Shown here: piece by piece, positions 50,058-59,361 of the stretch
Layout of the letters: each line of letters begins with the position of its first letter
Numbering within the stretch: the stretch's first letter is position 1
Origin: a virus
Lineage: Duplodnaviria > Caudoviricetes
Strand: one strand, 5' to 3'
DNA: 62,897 nt
IMG/VR virus record: IMGVR_UViG_3300025030_000106
Location: 1-62,897 of that record
Translations under genes and position numbers: made by a program
The notes under the pieces: generated by a model
What the model was told of the DNA's origin: nothing
The model's database searches: none
Seen by the model: the letters and a program-made list of their open reading frames with translations, nothing else

Positions 50058-51801
50058 CCTTTACTCCAGGCATTTCACCCGTCTTTCAGCAGGCCTCTCT
50101 CGAACAAAGATCAGCCTTTCTGACTATATCACGCGCTACACCTACCTCGGCGTCAAGCGCTTTTCCTATGTCAACCACGAGTATCAGCCCTATATCATCA
50201 GCAAGATTAACGCCGACCCCGATATCAACCTTCTTCTCTACAAGTGCTCGCAGTTGGGCGTCTCAGAGGTGTTTCACCGGCTGATTCTGTCAATGATGGG
50301 TATTGAACCAGGCTTTTCCACACTCCTGGGCATGCCGTCACAGACTTTCTCTCAAGAGGTGATGAAAACAAGAATTTCTCAAATAGTGAGAAGTTCGAAA
50401 GTCCTGAGAGAACTCAGCGATCCACGAGTAGACTCAGCATCCGTCAAGCAATTCATCAACGGCTCTATCCTGTATGCCTTGGGCGCCGGCGAGCAGTCGG
50501 GCGAATCTTCCTTGATCAACCGCCCGATCAAATTGGTGTGTATCGACGAGTTGGACAGATGCTCGATGGATATCGTAACTGGTTTCCGTTCCCGGCAGAC
50601 GCATTCTGTCCACAAACCCCGCATCTACATCTCAACACCGACTTATGAGGGCCTGGGTATCGACGGCGAGAGTGAGGATGCTGAAATTCACAGGAATGTG
50701 GTCAAGTGCTGCCATTGCTCCCACCATTTCTTTCCTGATTACTATGAACACGTGTGCTTGCCCGGGTTTGACCAGCCTCTTGAGCTTCTCACCAAGGCCG
50801 ACGTCGACAGCAACGTCGCTATCAACCTTGACGAAGCGTATTTATTCTGCCCAAAGTGCTTAAAACAGCCGGATTTGAGCCCAAAACACCGTGAGTTCGT
50901 CATAGAAACAGCCCAAAAATCAACGATTGAGCGGAAAATTTGTATCAAACTGAGCCCTTTTGACGCACCCGGTTTCATCAAAACACCTGATTTAATCCGC
51001 TCAAGCTTTATTTATTCAGACAATAACGAGTTTCGCAACCAGGCATTGGGGCTGCCGGTCAAGGCTTCCGACAGTTCTATCGACAGAAACCTCCTCAGAT
51101 TTGAGAACGTCGAGGTCCCGAGCGACGCCGTGACTGTGGCCGGGCTTGATATGGGCAAGTTGTGTCACCTGATCCTGCTCTCGATCACCCCTAGCAACCA
51201 CATCATCGTGCACTCGCCGGAGATCATCCCCTTGGAATTGATCCCGGAAGAGATGCAGGACCTTTTCCATGGCCCTAGCAGCCGGCACATCGCCTCGTTG
51301 GTCGTTGATAGCCAGCCCTATACCGACACCGTGAACAAGTTGGTGACCTTGCATCCGCAGGTTTGGTCAGCGCTCTACTCCGTCCCCGTGCAGCCCAAAC
51401 CCGAACTCTATTGGTTGAAGACTGAAGAAGAACCGGAAGACGCCAACAACCCTTACAAGATCGCGAACAGGGTCGCGGACTACAAAGTGCGCCAGATCAC
51501 GATCAACAAAAACCCCTTTTTCGACTACACCGCAGGGCTGCTGCAGTCGGAGCAGCTCAAATTCAAGTCCGGACCCTATGACCTGCAGGTCTTGAACCAT
51601 GTTCTTGATATGCGCAGGATCAGGGACCACAGATACTCTGACATGCGGTACAAATGGGTGAAATCGAAAAAAGGCGCGGACCACTTCTTTCATGCGATCA
51701 ACTACGGGATTGCGGCATTTAAGCTCATAGACACCATCAATTCTACAGTTATCTTGCCCAGAGTCCTCCTCCATCGCATTAAAATGACCAATCAACTGTA
51801 A
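50050..51801 (+). CDS. terL: Terminase large subunit, lambda gpA-like
   Basis: KCSQLGVSE Walker A, CIDELD Walker B, ISTPT, CxHC/CPKC, GLDMG nuclease, DHFFHA. Confidence 0.92.
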   Translation: MNDLYSRHFTRLSAGLSRTKISLSDYITRYTYLGVKRFSYVNHEYQPYIISKINADPDINLLLYKCSQLGVSEVFHRLILSMMGIEPGFSTLLGMPSQTFSQEVMKTRISQIVRSSKVLRELSDPRVDSASVKQFINGSILYALGAGEQSGESSLINRPIKLVCIDELDRCSMDIVTGFRSRQTHSVHKPRIYISTPTYEGLGIDGESEDAEIHRNVVKCCHCSHHFFPDYYEHVCLPGFDQPLELLTKADVDSNVAINLDEAYLFCPKCLKQPDLSPKHREFVIETAQKSTIERKICIKLSPFDAPGFIKTPDLIRSSFIYSDNNEFRNQALGLPVKASDSSIDRNLLRFENVEVPSDAVTVAGLDMGKLCHLILLSITPSNHIIVHSPEIIPLELIPEEMQDLFHGPSSRHIASLVVDSQPYTDTVNKLVTLHPQVWSALYSVPVQPKPELYWLKTEEEPEDANNPYKIANRVADYKVRQITINKNPFFDYTAGLLQSEQLKFKSGPYDLQVLNHVLDMRRIRDHRYSDMRYKWVKSKKGADHFFHAINYGIAAFKLIDTINSTVILPRVLLHRIKMTNQL

Positions 51802-51839
51802 CACTCCCGGCAACACATCAATAAAAATCACTGCATCGC

Positions 51840-51868
51840 TTGACTTTTTACCTGCTTTCCTCTACACT
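51840..51868 (+). promoter_or_regulatory. Sigma70-like promoter upstream of the portal gene
   Basis: TTGACT-N17-TACACT. Confidence 0.55.
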
Positions 51869-51944
51869 TATCTCAGGACGTACTAGAGTACTTGACTTTT
51901 ACAGTACTTTAGACAGCAACTTCGGGAGAGAAAGAGACGACTAC

Positions 51945-53441
51945 GTGGCTTTGAATAACCCTTTCAGCGGGATGCTGACGTCGATCAAGAAAGTAAAGAC
52001 CAAAGGGCTGGCTCTTCCATCATATCTCCGTTCCGCAACGACCCGCAGTGGCGCCGACATCAGCAACACGACCCCTGATGTCACCAACATCGACCTCACT
52101 CAATATCGCAACCTCTCGACCAAGCTCGACGTCATCAAGTCGTTGTCGTATGCGTCACCGGATTGGTCGCAGGCGATCAATTCGTTGTTAAGATTTGCCA
52201 TCACCGACGCCTACCAGATCGTCGCTTACACCTTCGACGGCAAGGTCGACGTCAACGCCACGAACTACACGCAAGCACTGGCTGCACGGTTTGACTGTCT
52301 CCCTCCTGACTACGACGGTTTCTACACACAGACAGACCTGAGGTCAACATCCGAGTCTTTACTTCGCCAACTTGTCACCTACGGAGCTATGTCGAGTGAA
52401 CTGGTCCTCTCACAGGCCCGAGACGCCTCCCACATTCGGGCCATCTCCGTAAAAGATCTCAAGTTTGAGAATAAAGGCAACAGAGCGGTCCCGTATCTGC
52501 AGTTGAACACTGGTGGCGCCAACAATAAGCTGTCGCTCGACTCGCCGCTGTTCTTCTACACGTCGCTCGATCAGGATCTTGATGAGGCCTACCCGATATC
52601 CCCCATGACGTCGGCCGTACAGCCCGTGCTTGCTAACGAGGAGTTCAAAAATGACCTTCGCCGGGCGTTCCGCAAAGCAGCGCTGCCTCGAATCAAGGCC
52701 CTGATCAAGACCAAAGAATTCCAGGAATCTCTGCCGGCGGCCGTCCGTTACGACGAGACCAAGCTCAAGGCCTACATGGACAACTTGATCACGGATCTCG
52801 AAACCAAACTCAACGGCTTGAACCCTGAAGACGCCTTGGTCTTTTTCGACATCTTGGACATCGAGCACCATTCCGCCGGGAACATCAGCTTTCACGAGAA
52901 TGTGAAAGAGTACGGGAACCTCATCAACGCCAACGTTGCTGCTGGCGTCAAGACCCTGCCCAGCGTCCTCGGCCGAGGTGAGTCTCAAAACGTGGCTTCA
53001 ACGGAATCAATGCTGTACCTGCGCTATGTCGAGGGCATGCAGGAAAAACTGAACACCCATTACTCAAAAAAATTCACCCTGGCAGCTCGTCTCTCCGGGT
53101 TTGACGTCTACTGCAACTTCAAATATGCGGACCCGGAACTTCGGCCGAAGTCGGAACTGGCCACGTTCGAGTCCATGAAACAAAGCACGGTCCTGGAGCG
53201 GCTCAGTCTCGGGTTCGTTTCTGACGAAGAAGCTTCGGTTCAACTCACTGGCCGGCTGCCATCAGGGGAGTTTACGCCACTGTCGGGGACCGGGTTCTTC
53301 GAGGCGAAAGCGCCGGTGGAAAACCCCTACTCCAACACCTCCGTCTCCGGTGAGGGCGTGACCGCGACCAAAAACCAAAAAGACACCAAATCGACCGCAC
53401 CCACCGGCACCAAGCGCACCGGCGGGCAGCAGGGGAGATAG
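51945..53441 (+). CDS. Portal protein
   Basis: About 500 aa between terL and the protease; GTG start chosen manually. Confidence 0.8.
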   Translation: MALNNPFSGMLTSIKKVKTKGLALPSYLRSATTRSGADISNTTPDVTNIDLTQYRNLSTKLDVIKSLSYASPDWSQAINSLLRFAITDAYQIVAYTFDGKVDVNATNYTQALAARFDCLPPDYDGFYTQTDLRSTSESLLRQLVTYGAMSSELVLSQARDASHIRAISVKDLKFENKGNRAVPYLQLNTGGANNKLSLDSPLFFYTSLDQDLDEAYPISPMTSAVQPVLANEEFKNDLRRAFRKAALPRIKALIKTKEFQESLPAAVRYDETKLKAYMDNLITDLETKLNGLNPEDALVFFDILDIEHHSAGNISFHENVKEYGNLINANVAAGVKTLPSVLGRGESQNVASTESMLYLRYVEGMQEKLNTHYSKKFTLAARLSGFDVYCNFKYADPELRPKSELATFESMKQSTVLERLSLGFVSDEEASVQLTGRLPSGEFTPLSGTGFFEAKAPVENPYSNTSVSGEGVTATKNQKDTKSTAPTGTKRTGGQQGR

Positions 53442-53442
53442 C

Positions 53443-54894
53443 ATGAACAAAAACCACTTACGCCGCAAGATCTGCCTGATTTCGGAAGGTTCGGAACAGG
53501 AACTGCTCAGCCTAGAGAACCGGATCTTCGAGTTGCAAGGGGACAGTGGGGCCCTTGCGGCGTACTCTCTTCAGCAAGATGAGGCCGAGGAGAAGAAAGA
53601 ACGGCCCTATCAAGTCCACGAGGGGGTCGCGATCATCGAGATGAAGGGGCCGCTCGTCGCCAGGACGACCTGGATGTCGCGGTTCATGGGGGCCATGTCC
53701 TACGAAGACCTCCGCGCCCAGTTCGTTGAAGCGGTCATGGACGAGGAAGTGCAGAGCATCCTTATCGACGCCGACACCCCGGGCGGGCAAGTGAATGGGC
53801 TCGGAGAATTGTCCGGGCTCTTAGACAAGATCAAAGGCATCAAGCCCATCGACACCTACGTCGCTGGCGGACTTCTGTCCGCGGGTTACTGGGTGGGGGT
53901 GACGGCTCGGAAAATCTACGCATCCGAGACAGCTTTCGTCGGCTCGATCGGCGTCGTGATCACCCACGCGTCCTATGAAAAAGCCTACGAGAAGGAAGGG
54001 ATCAAGATCACCAAGATCAAGTCTGGTGAGAAGAAGCAAGTAGGCTCTTCCGAGAAAGACCTCTCTGCCGAGGACAAAGCATACCTGCAGGCCCAGGTCG
54101 ACGACTTGTTTGGCTTGTTCAAGAAACATGTGCTCGCACATCGGGCACAGGTCAATCCCGACACCTTTGACGGGTCGGAGTTTGTAGCGGATAAAGCCTT
54201 GGCAATGGGGCTTGTGGATAGAGTTATGACGTTTGACGACGTCCTGGCTCATATTGTTACTCAACGTGAATCCAATGGAGGTTCAACTATTATGAAGAAA
54301 GGTTTTACAGCAGAACAGGTAGCGGCGGCAGCAGCCTCCGGTGCCAAGCTGGAGGATCTCGAGCTTGCCGGCGGAGGAGCGGATCCCGACGCCGAGGCTC
54401 TGGCTGCCAAGGAGAAGGCTGAAGCCGACGCCAAGGTCGCTGCTGACGCTGAGGCCAAAGCTAAGGCCGATGCTGAGGCCGCGGCAGCCGCTGCAGGCAC
54501 TGAGGCTCCACCGGCAAAGGCTGAGGGTGAGACAGTATCTGCCTATCTCGAGTCCCAGCTCGCGAAGTCGGCCGACAAGATCGCTGATCTGACGGTCGAA
54601 AACAAGGAACTCAAAGCCAAACAGGCCCGGACTGAAGAGGTCCTGCCCAAGCTGAAGACCATCGTGTCCGAAGCCATCAATCGGATGCACGTCGCCCTGG
54701 GCATGACCAGGACTGATATGGCAGCCATGGATGAGGGCGCCCTGATCAAGCAGTATGAAGCGACTTGCGAGCAGTTCAGCAAGACGTTCAAGACCGGGGG
54801 CCTGACCGCAGGTGCGGATATGCCAGACACCGAGAAGAACAAGGCGAAGATCACCAACATCGACGAAGCTCGCTGCAAGTCGGTTGGTTTGTAA
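53443..54894 (+). CDS. S49 prohead protease with C-terminal scaffold (nested start at 54292)
   Basis: DTPGG, SAGYW, VGSIGV and SGEKK motifs; GGAGG-preceded internal ATG as in lambda C/Nu3. Confidence 0.9.
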   Translation: MNKNHLRRKICLISEGSEQELLSLENRIFELQGDSGALAAYSLQQDEAEEKKERPYQVHEGVAIIEMKGPLVARTTWMSRFMGAMSYEDLRAQFVEAVMDEEVQSILIDADTPGGQVNGLGELSGLLDKIKGIKPIDTYVAGGLLSAGYWVGVTARKIYASETAFVGSIGVVITHASYEKAYEKEGIKITKIKSGEKKQVGSSEKDLSAEDKAYLQAQVDDLFGLFKKHVLAHRAQVNPDTFDGSEFVADKALAMGLVDRVMTFDDVLAHIVTQRESNGGSTIMKKGFTAEQVAAAAASGAKLEDLELAGGGADPDAEALAAKEKAEADAKVAADAEAKAKADAEAAAAAAGTEAPPAKAEGETVSAYLESQLAKSADKIADLTVENKELKAKQARTEEVLPKLKTIVSEAINRMHVALGMTRTDMAAMDEGALIKQYEATCEQFSKTFKTGGLTAGADMPDTEKNKAKITNIDEARCKSVGL

Positions 54895-54927
54895 ATAAAA
54901 CACGAAATTTCCAGGAGGAATTGAATC

Positions 54928-55374
54928 ATGTCAAAGTTTACTTTCAAGGCAATGGTCGCTGAAGGCGACCTGACAACCGCCAAACTCGGAACCGGCACTG
55001 TGGCGGCTTCCGGCGACCTCAACGGTAACGACATCGGCAAGCCGGTCAAGCTGACCGCGGCCGACACCTACGGCCTGTGCTCCAATGGTGACCAGATCGA
55101 CGGTTTCCTGTATTCCGTGGAGTCCTACACCGCTGATGGCTATGCTGTCGGCACCGTACAGCTGAGCGGCCGGCGCCGGGTGGAGCTGGGCGGCAACAGC
55201 GCCGTCGGCACCCTCGTGCAGTCTGGCACCAACGCGGCGCGGACCGTGGCGCCGACCAATGGCCTGGGCGTTGTCGTCGAGCACACCCATGTGACAGCGA
55301 CCCGCAAACTGTGGCGTGTAATCTCCGGGACTGGCCTGTCCGGCGACACTACCTGCATCATCGAGAAACAGTAA
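54928..55374 (+). CDS. Head decoration/cement protein
   Basis: DIGKPVKL...GDQIDG; between protease and capsid. Confidence 0.65.
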   Translation: MSKFTFKAMVAEGDLTTAKLGTGTVAASGDLNGNDIGKPVKLTAADTYGLCSNGDQIDGFLYSVESYTADGYAVGTVQLSGRRRVELGGNSAVGTLVQSGTNAARTVAPTNGLGVVVEHTHVTATRKLWRVISGTGLSGDTTCIIEKQ

Positions 55375-55404
55375 CTCATCGAGCCTATTGGAGGGCAAAC
55401 AAAA

Positions 55405-56604
55405 ATGGATAAGACAAAGGTATATTTCACCGATGCAGCAGGGCTTCGCCAGGAGGCGTCTTTTGGTCCCAGCCTGTACCGGGCCGCCATGGACAAGAAC
55501 ATGACGGTTCGGCAGTACATCAACAGCGAATTCCCGACCGCGGCCGACGCCAAGCACGACACCTTCGTGCAGATGTGCGCCTCGGCGGGCCTGCAGTTTA
55601 AGCAGGACAAGACCCTGGGCGTCAACAGCGCCCCGCTGCGGGTTATTCTTGACGGCCCGGTCAGCCCTGATGCCGCCGGCATCACCGGCAACACCAACCC
55701 GGTTCAGTCCCGCATCCTGTTCCCGGCAGCGATCCTCGAGTACATCGAGAACGCGATGGCCGTCGACCGCACCTCGGTCATCTCGGCCTTTGACCAGACT
55801 GTGGCCCTGACCACCACCGTGCCCAATGCCCGCATCGAGCGCCCGGTGATCAGCTATGCTGGTAAAGACGGCCCGCAGGACTCCCGTTCCCAGGTCATCT
55901 CTCAGTTGACCAAGCCGCCGGCGATGTTGTCCATCACCGCGTCCGAGGTCACCAAGAAGATCCCGACCCGGTCGATCGGCCTTGAGGTCTCTGATGAGGC
56001 CCTGCAGTCGACCACCCTGGATCTGGTTGGGCTGGCCCTGCGCCGGCAGACGGAGGTAGAGGGCTATGCTATGGCCGGCGAGGCGCTCATCGATATGCTG
56101 AGCGGCGACGTTGACAACGGGCAGTCTGCCCTGTCTCAGGTAAAAGCTGACACGCTGGATTCTACCATCGTGGCGGCCGGGGCGCTGACTCAGTCTGCAT
56201 GGGTGCAGTGGCTCTACACCAACCTGCAGTCCCGCCAGATCGACTGGGTCTTCACCGACCTGGCCGGCGCCCTGGCCATCGAGAACCGGACCGGCAAGCC
56301 GGTTATCACCGGGGATGATCCCAACAGTCCGCGGATCGACACCATCTTCAACATTGCCTTCCCGCAGTTGGTGAAGAATGTGAAGATGTTCATCGTGCCC
56401 TCTGACTGGGGTTGGACGGCCAACACCATCATGGGCATTCAGAGCGCCTACGCCATTCACAAGTTTGTGAATTCCTCGGCCGAGTATTCTGCCATGGAGC
56501 GATTCGCTCTGCGGAAGGGTCAGGGCCTGCGCTTTGACTTCGGCAATATGTACGAGCGTATGTTCGACGGCGCATTCTCCGTGCTGAGCTTGACGTTGAC
56601 CTAA
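55405..56604 (+). CDS. Major capsid protein
   Basis: 399 aa, position in head module, strong codon bias, downstream hairpin. Confidence 0.85.
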   Translation: MDKTKVYFTDAAGLRQEASFGPSLYRAAMDKNMTVRQYINSEFPTAADAKHDTFVQMCASAGLQFKQDKTLGVNSAPLRVILDGPVSPDAAGITGNTNPVQSRILFPAAILEYIENAMAVDRTSVISAFDQTVALTTTVPNARIERPVISYAGKDGPQDSRSQVISQLTKPPAMLSITASEVTKKIPTRSIGLEVSDEALQSTTLDLVGLALRRQTEVEGYAMAGEALIDMLSGDVDNGQSALSQVKADTLDSTIVAAGALTQSAWVQWLYTNLQSRQIDWVFTDLAGALAIENRTGKPVITGDDPNSPRIDTIFNIAFPQLVKNVKMFIVPSDWGWTANTIMGIQSAYAIHKFVNSSAEYSAMERFALRKGQGLRFDFGNMYERMFDGAFSVLSLTLT

Positions 56605-56619
56605 ACTTACACCCCGAGA

Positions 56620-56646
56620 GCGGGCCCGACGTCGGGCCCGCCTTTC
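56620..56646 (+). terminator. Palindromic hairpin after the capsid gene
   Basis: GCGGGCCCGACGTCGGGCCCGC perfect 22-bp palindrome with a short T tract. Confidence 0.6.
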
Positions 56647-56659
56647 TCAAGGAGTCATT

Positions 56660-56881
56660 ATGGCAAGGTTGAAAAAAGAAGACTCGGAAACCTCCGAAGC
56701 GGCCCCGGAGGAGAAGGTGGAGAAGGTCGAGAAGAAGGTCCGGCGCTTTGTCGGCAAAAGGTTCGCTTATTACCACCCCTTCCAGAACAAGGCCATCCCT
56801 TTGGGTGGCGACGGGGTTGTGTTGGAGATGGATAGCTGGCTGGACTGTCAGGTCAAGGCCGGCTATATCGTTGAAGTTTAG
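56660..56881 (+). CDS. Small hypothetical protein
   Basis: AAGGAG RBS; follows capsid gene. Confidence 0.6.
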   Translation: MARLKKEDSETSEAAPEEKVEKVEKKVRRFVGKRFAYYHPFQNKAIPLGGDGVVLEMDSWLDCQVKAGYIVEV

Positions 56882-56896
56882 GTTGAGGGACTCCCT

Positions 56897-57574
56897 GTGA
56901 ATATCACGACCTATACCAGCTATGCGGAAGTCAGGGCAGTTCTGGGCGTTTCTGCCTTGGAACTCACTGACACCCAGCTGGCTCTTGGTATTTATGGGGA
57001 GTTTCTTTATCAAGAACTGTCTTCGATCAGTGGCATCTTGGCGCCGGACACGGTGTCCAGAAACCTGATCGAGCAGTTTACTTTTCTCTCAGCAGTATCT
57101 TCCGTAAGCCCGAGCAGCAGCCCAAGCAGCAGTGTGAGCAACAGCCCGAGCAGTTCAGCAAGCCCAAGTGCTTCTGTTTCGGCGAGCCCGAGCGAGTCGA
57201 ACAGCACCAGCCCGAGTGGCTCAGTCTCATCGAGTCCGAGTGCTTCTGCTTCAACTGCACCGGTTGCACAGCCGACGGCAAATCAAAGCCTGCTGCTGAG
57301 CTACATCAGGACCTTTGCCACCTATACAGTGGCGGCGAACGTCTCCGGGTCGATATCACTGCTGGCGCCGAAGACGATCTCCGACGGCAAGGCACTGACG
57401 ACACGGTTCTCTTCCGAGCGTACTTTCGAGGCAGTAGTTGCTGATGTCAATTATCGAAAGTCCGATCTGAAGCGAAAGATCCAAGATTTGTTCGGAACTA
57501 CGCTGGCAGACAAGTCCTATCTGGGTGTGGTTGCTCCGGCGATTGACGTTGTGACCAACGCGGCTTACGAGTAG
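56897..57574 (+). CDS. Head-tail adaptor with Ser/Pro-rich insertion
   Basis: YTSYAEVRAVLGV N-terminus; position; about 50-aa S/P insert. Confidence 0.65.
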   Translation: MNITTYTSYAEVRAVLGVSALELTDTQLALGIYGEFLYQELSSISGILAPDTVSRNLIEQFTFLSAVSSVSPSSSPSSSVSNSPSSSASPSASVSASPSESNSTSPSGSVSSSPSASASTAPVAQPTANQSLLLSYIRTFATYTVAANVSGSISLLAPKTISDGKALTTRFSSERTFEAVVADVNYRKSDLKRKIQDLFGTTLADKSYLGVVAPAIDVVTNAAYE

Positions 57575-57581
57575 GGTTGCC

Positions 57582-58415
57582 ATGGACTTGCGAGACGCCG
57601 CCAAGTTCTTTGACAAAGAGATTTTCAAGGACTATTACAGCTCCTCGACGTTTTACGGGCAGGTTGGCCCGTTCGCTGAGAGCACCAGGTCAGGGCCGGC
57701 AACACCGCGGCGGGTCTTGTCGGTGGCGCCTGACGTTTCTATCCCGGCCCGGAAAGTGGTCAAGATGGTCAGTTCCGGCCGGAATTACATCGTCGGGATC
57801 CTCAACGAGGACTACTGGTTTAATGGGGTGATCCGGAAGAAGTATCCGATGATCCCAGTGGATACGCAGGTACGACTGGGCAATGTCGGAACGCACCTCG
57901 CCGGGTCCGGGTACTCATCAGACGTCTTCATGTTCCTGACATATGTCCGCCGGGTGCCACTGGAGGAGGAGTCCTCGCTGTTTTACGCCGGGTATGAGAT
58001 CCACTTCTCGGCATATGAAACTGTTGCCAACGACAGCATCATCAAGTTTGGCAACGACTATTTCCGGGTAAAGGTGGCAGCGTCAATCGACGGCGCCGGC
58101 TTCGGGATGTGCGAGGCGGTGAAACTGGAGTCGCCGATGACGACGGTGACCTACACGAAGAAGGGCACGGTTTACGATCCGGCGACGGACACGCACGGAT
58201 CAACAGTGCTCGCGGGGGTAGCAGCCTTCATCGAGCCGACGAGGTTCAACTTCCTGTTCACTTACCCGGCGTTTGAGAAGGTCGAGCCAGGCGACAAGAC
58301 GGTCTCAGTGCTGAAGACAGCTGTGAACGCGGCTAAGGCTGGGGACACAGTTGATGCACGAAATGTTTTGGCAGTACGGGATGCTTCGACGTACTGGGTT
58401 CTTCACTGCAGGTAA
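57582..58415 (+). CDS. Head closure/neck protein (putative)
   Basis: Position; YDPATD motif. Confidence 0.55.
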   Translation: MDLRDAAKFFDKEIFKDYYSSSTFYGQVGPFAESTRSGPATPRRVLSVAPDVSIPARKVVKMVSSGRNYIVGILNEDYWFNGVIRKKYPMIPVDTQVRLGNVGTHLAGSGYSSDVFMFLTYVRRVPLEEESSLFYAGYEIHFSAYETVANDSIIKFGNDYFRVKVAASIDGAGFGMCEAVKLESPMTTVTYTKKGTVYDPATDTHGSTVLAGVAAFIEPTRFNFLFTYPAFEKVEPGDKTVSVLKTAVNAAKAGDTVDARNVLAVRDASTYWVLHCR

Positions 58416-58420
58416 GGGCT

Positions 58421-58945
58421 ATGGCTGGAGTCTTTCTCACCATCAACACAGATTTTAACGCTCAGGTAAAGCGTGAGATCCGGGAAATGGAACTCAAGCT
58501 GGGCCGGGTCTTTTCTGGCATTGTTGAGGAGGCCTTTGTCAATCTTGTGCTGGAGACGCCGCAGTATTCAGGAACGATGGCGGCATCGTGGAATATGACA
58601 GTGAACAGGGCCAGTTTCCGAGTTTCCGGAAATTTTCCTTTTCCGGAAAATCCCTATCAGAAGGGGGATCTGCCGGCAGTGATGGAAGCTCTGGGGAAGG
58701 CACAAGGGAAGTCAAAGTCGTTCAAAGACCGGTTCGAGGCCAAGGGCTGGACGATTGAAGTGGCCAATGGAGTTGACTACGCCTCGAATGTGAACGACGG
58801 AGACATCAAGCTCAGATCAGAGGTCGGGCACAGCCCGGGGTTTGTGGAGCAGTTTATGATGCGGGTGCAGGGCGCCGTGGCTTATTCTGATTCTGACTGG
58901 AACTACTATGCGAATACTGACTTTCTCGGGATAGGTGCAGCATGA
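58421..58945 (+). CDS. HK97 gp10-like tail completion protein
   Basis: TPQYSG.MAASW, N.V.YA..V..G. Confidence 0.7.
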   Translation: MAGVFLTINTDFNAQVKREIREMELKLGRVFSGIVEEAFVNLVLETPQYSGTMAASWNMTVNRASFRVSGNFPFPENPYQKGDLPAVMEALGKAQGKSKSFKDRFEAKGWTIEVANGVDYASNVNDGDIKLRSEVGHSPGFVEQFMMRVQGAVAYSDSDWNYYANTDFLGIGAA

Positions 58946-59346
58946 CGTTTGAAGAGTTGAGAGAGACGATTATGGCGGCCTTCCAAGCTGCGCACGATAC
59001 GTCGTACCCGACGACTCTAGTGGACTATCCGAACCGGCCCAAGGTCGACGTCGAGACTCAGGTTAATCCTTGGGTCAGGGTCGAGCTGGCGATCAATAAC
59101 CAGAAGCAGTTGTGCCTGGGCAGTGATTTCACCCGGGTGAGCGGGTGGTTGTATATTGTGACGAATGTTCAAACTGGGGAGGGCACGAGGTGGCAGACCC
59201 AGTATACGGATTTTTTAGACACCAATTTCTCGCTGAAGACGATCAATGAGATCCTTTTCAGGGAGCTTGTCCCATTGCCAGGGGTGAGTTATCCGGCTTG
59301 GCACACGGTTCGGAATGTGCTGCCATTTACTTTTGAAAAATATTAA
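58942..59346 (+). CDS. Tail terminator protein
   Basis: YPN...PWVR...G.L...V..G.G; directly before the tail tube. Confidence 0.7.
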   Translation: MTFEELRETIMAAFQAAHDTSYPTTLVDYPNRPKVDVETQVNPWVRVELAINNQKQLCLGSDFTRVSGWLYIVTNVQTGEGTRWQTQYTDFLDTNFSLKTINEILFRELVPLPGVSYPAWHTVRNVLPFTFEKY

Positions 59347-59361
59347 CGGAGGATCTTAAAC

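Noticed and set aside
54931-56460. 509-aa antisense ORF and similar long shadow ORFs (27489-28484, 10658-11521, 20630-21334)
   Set aside because: They lie opposite well-supported genes, lack recognisable motifs and are expected from biased codon usage
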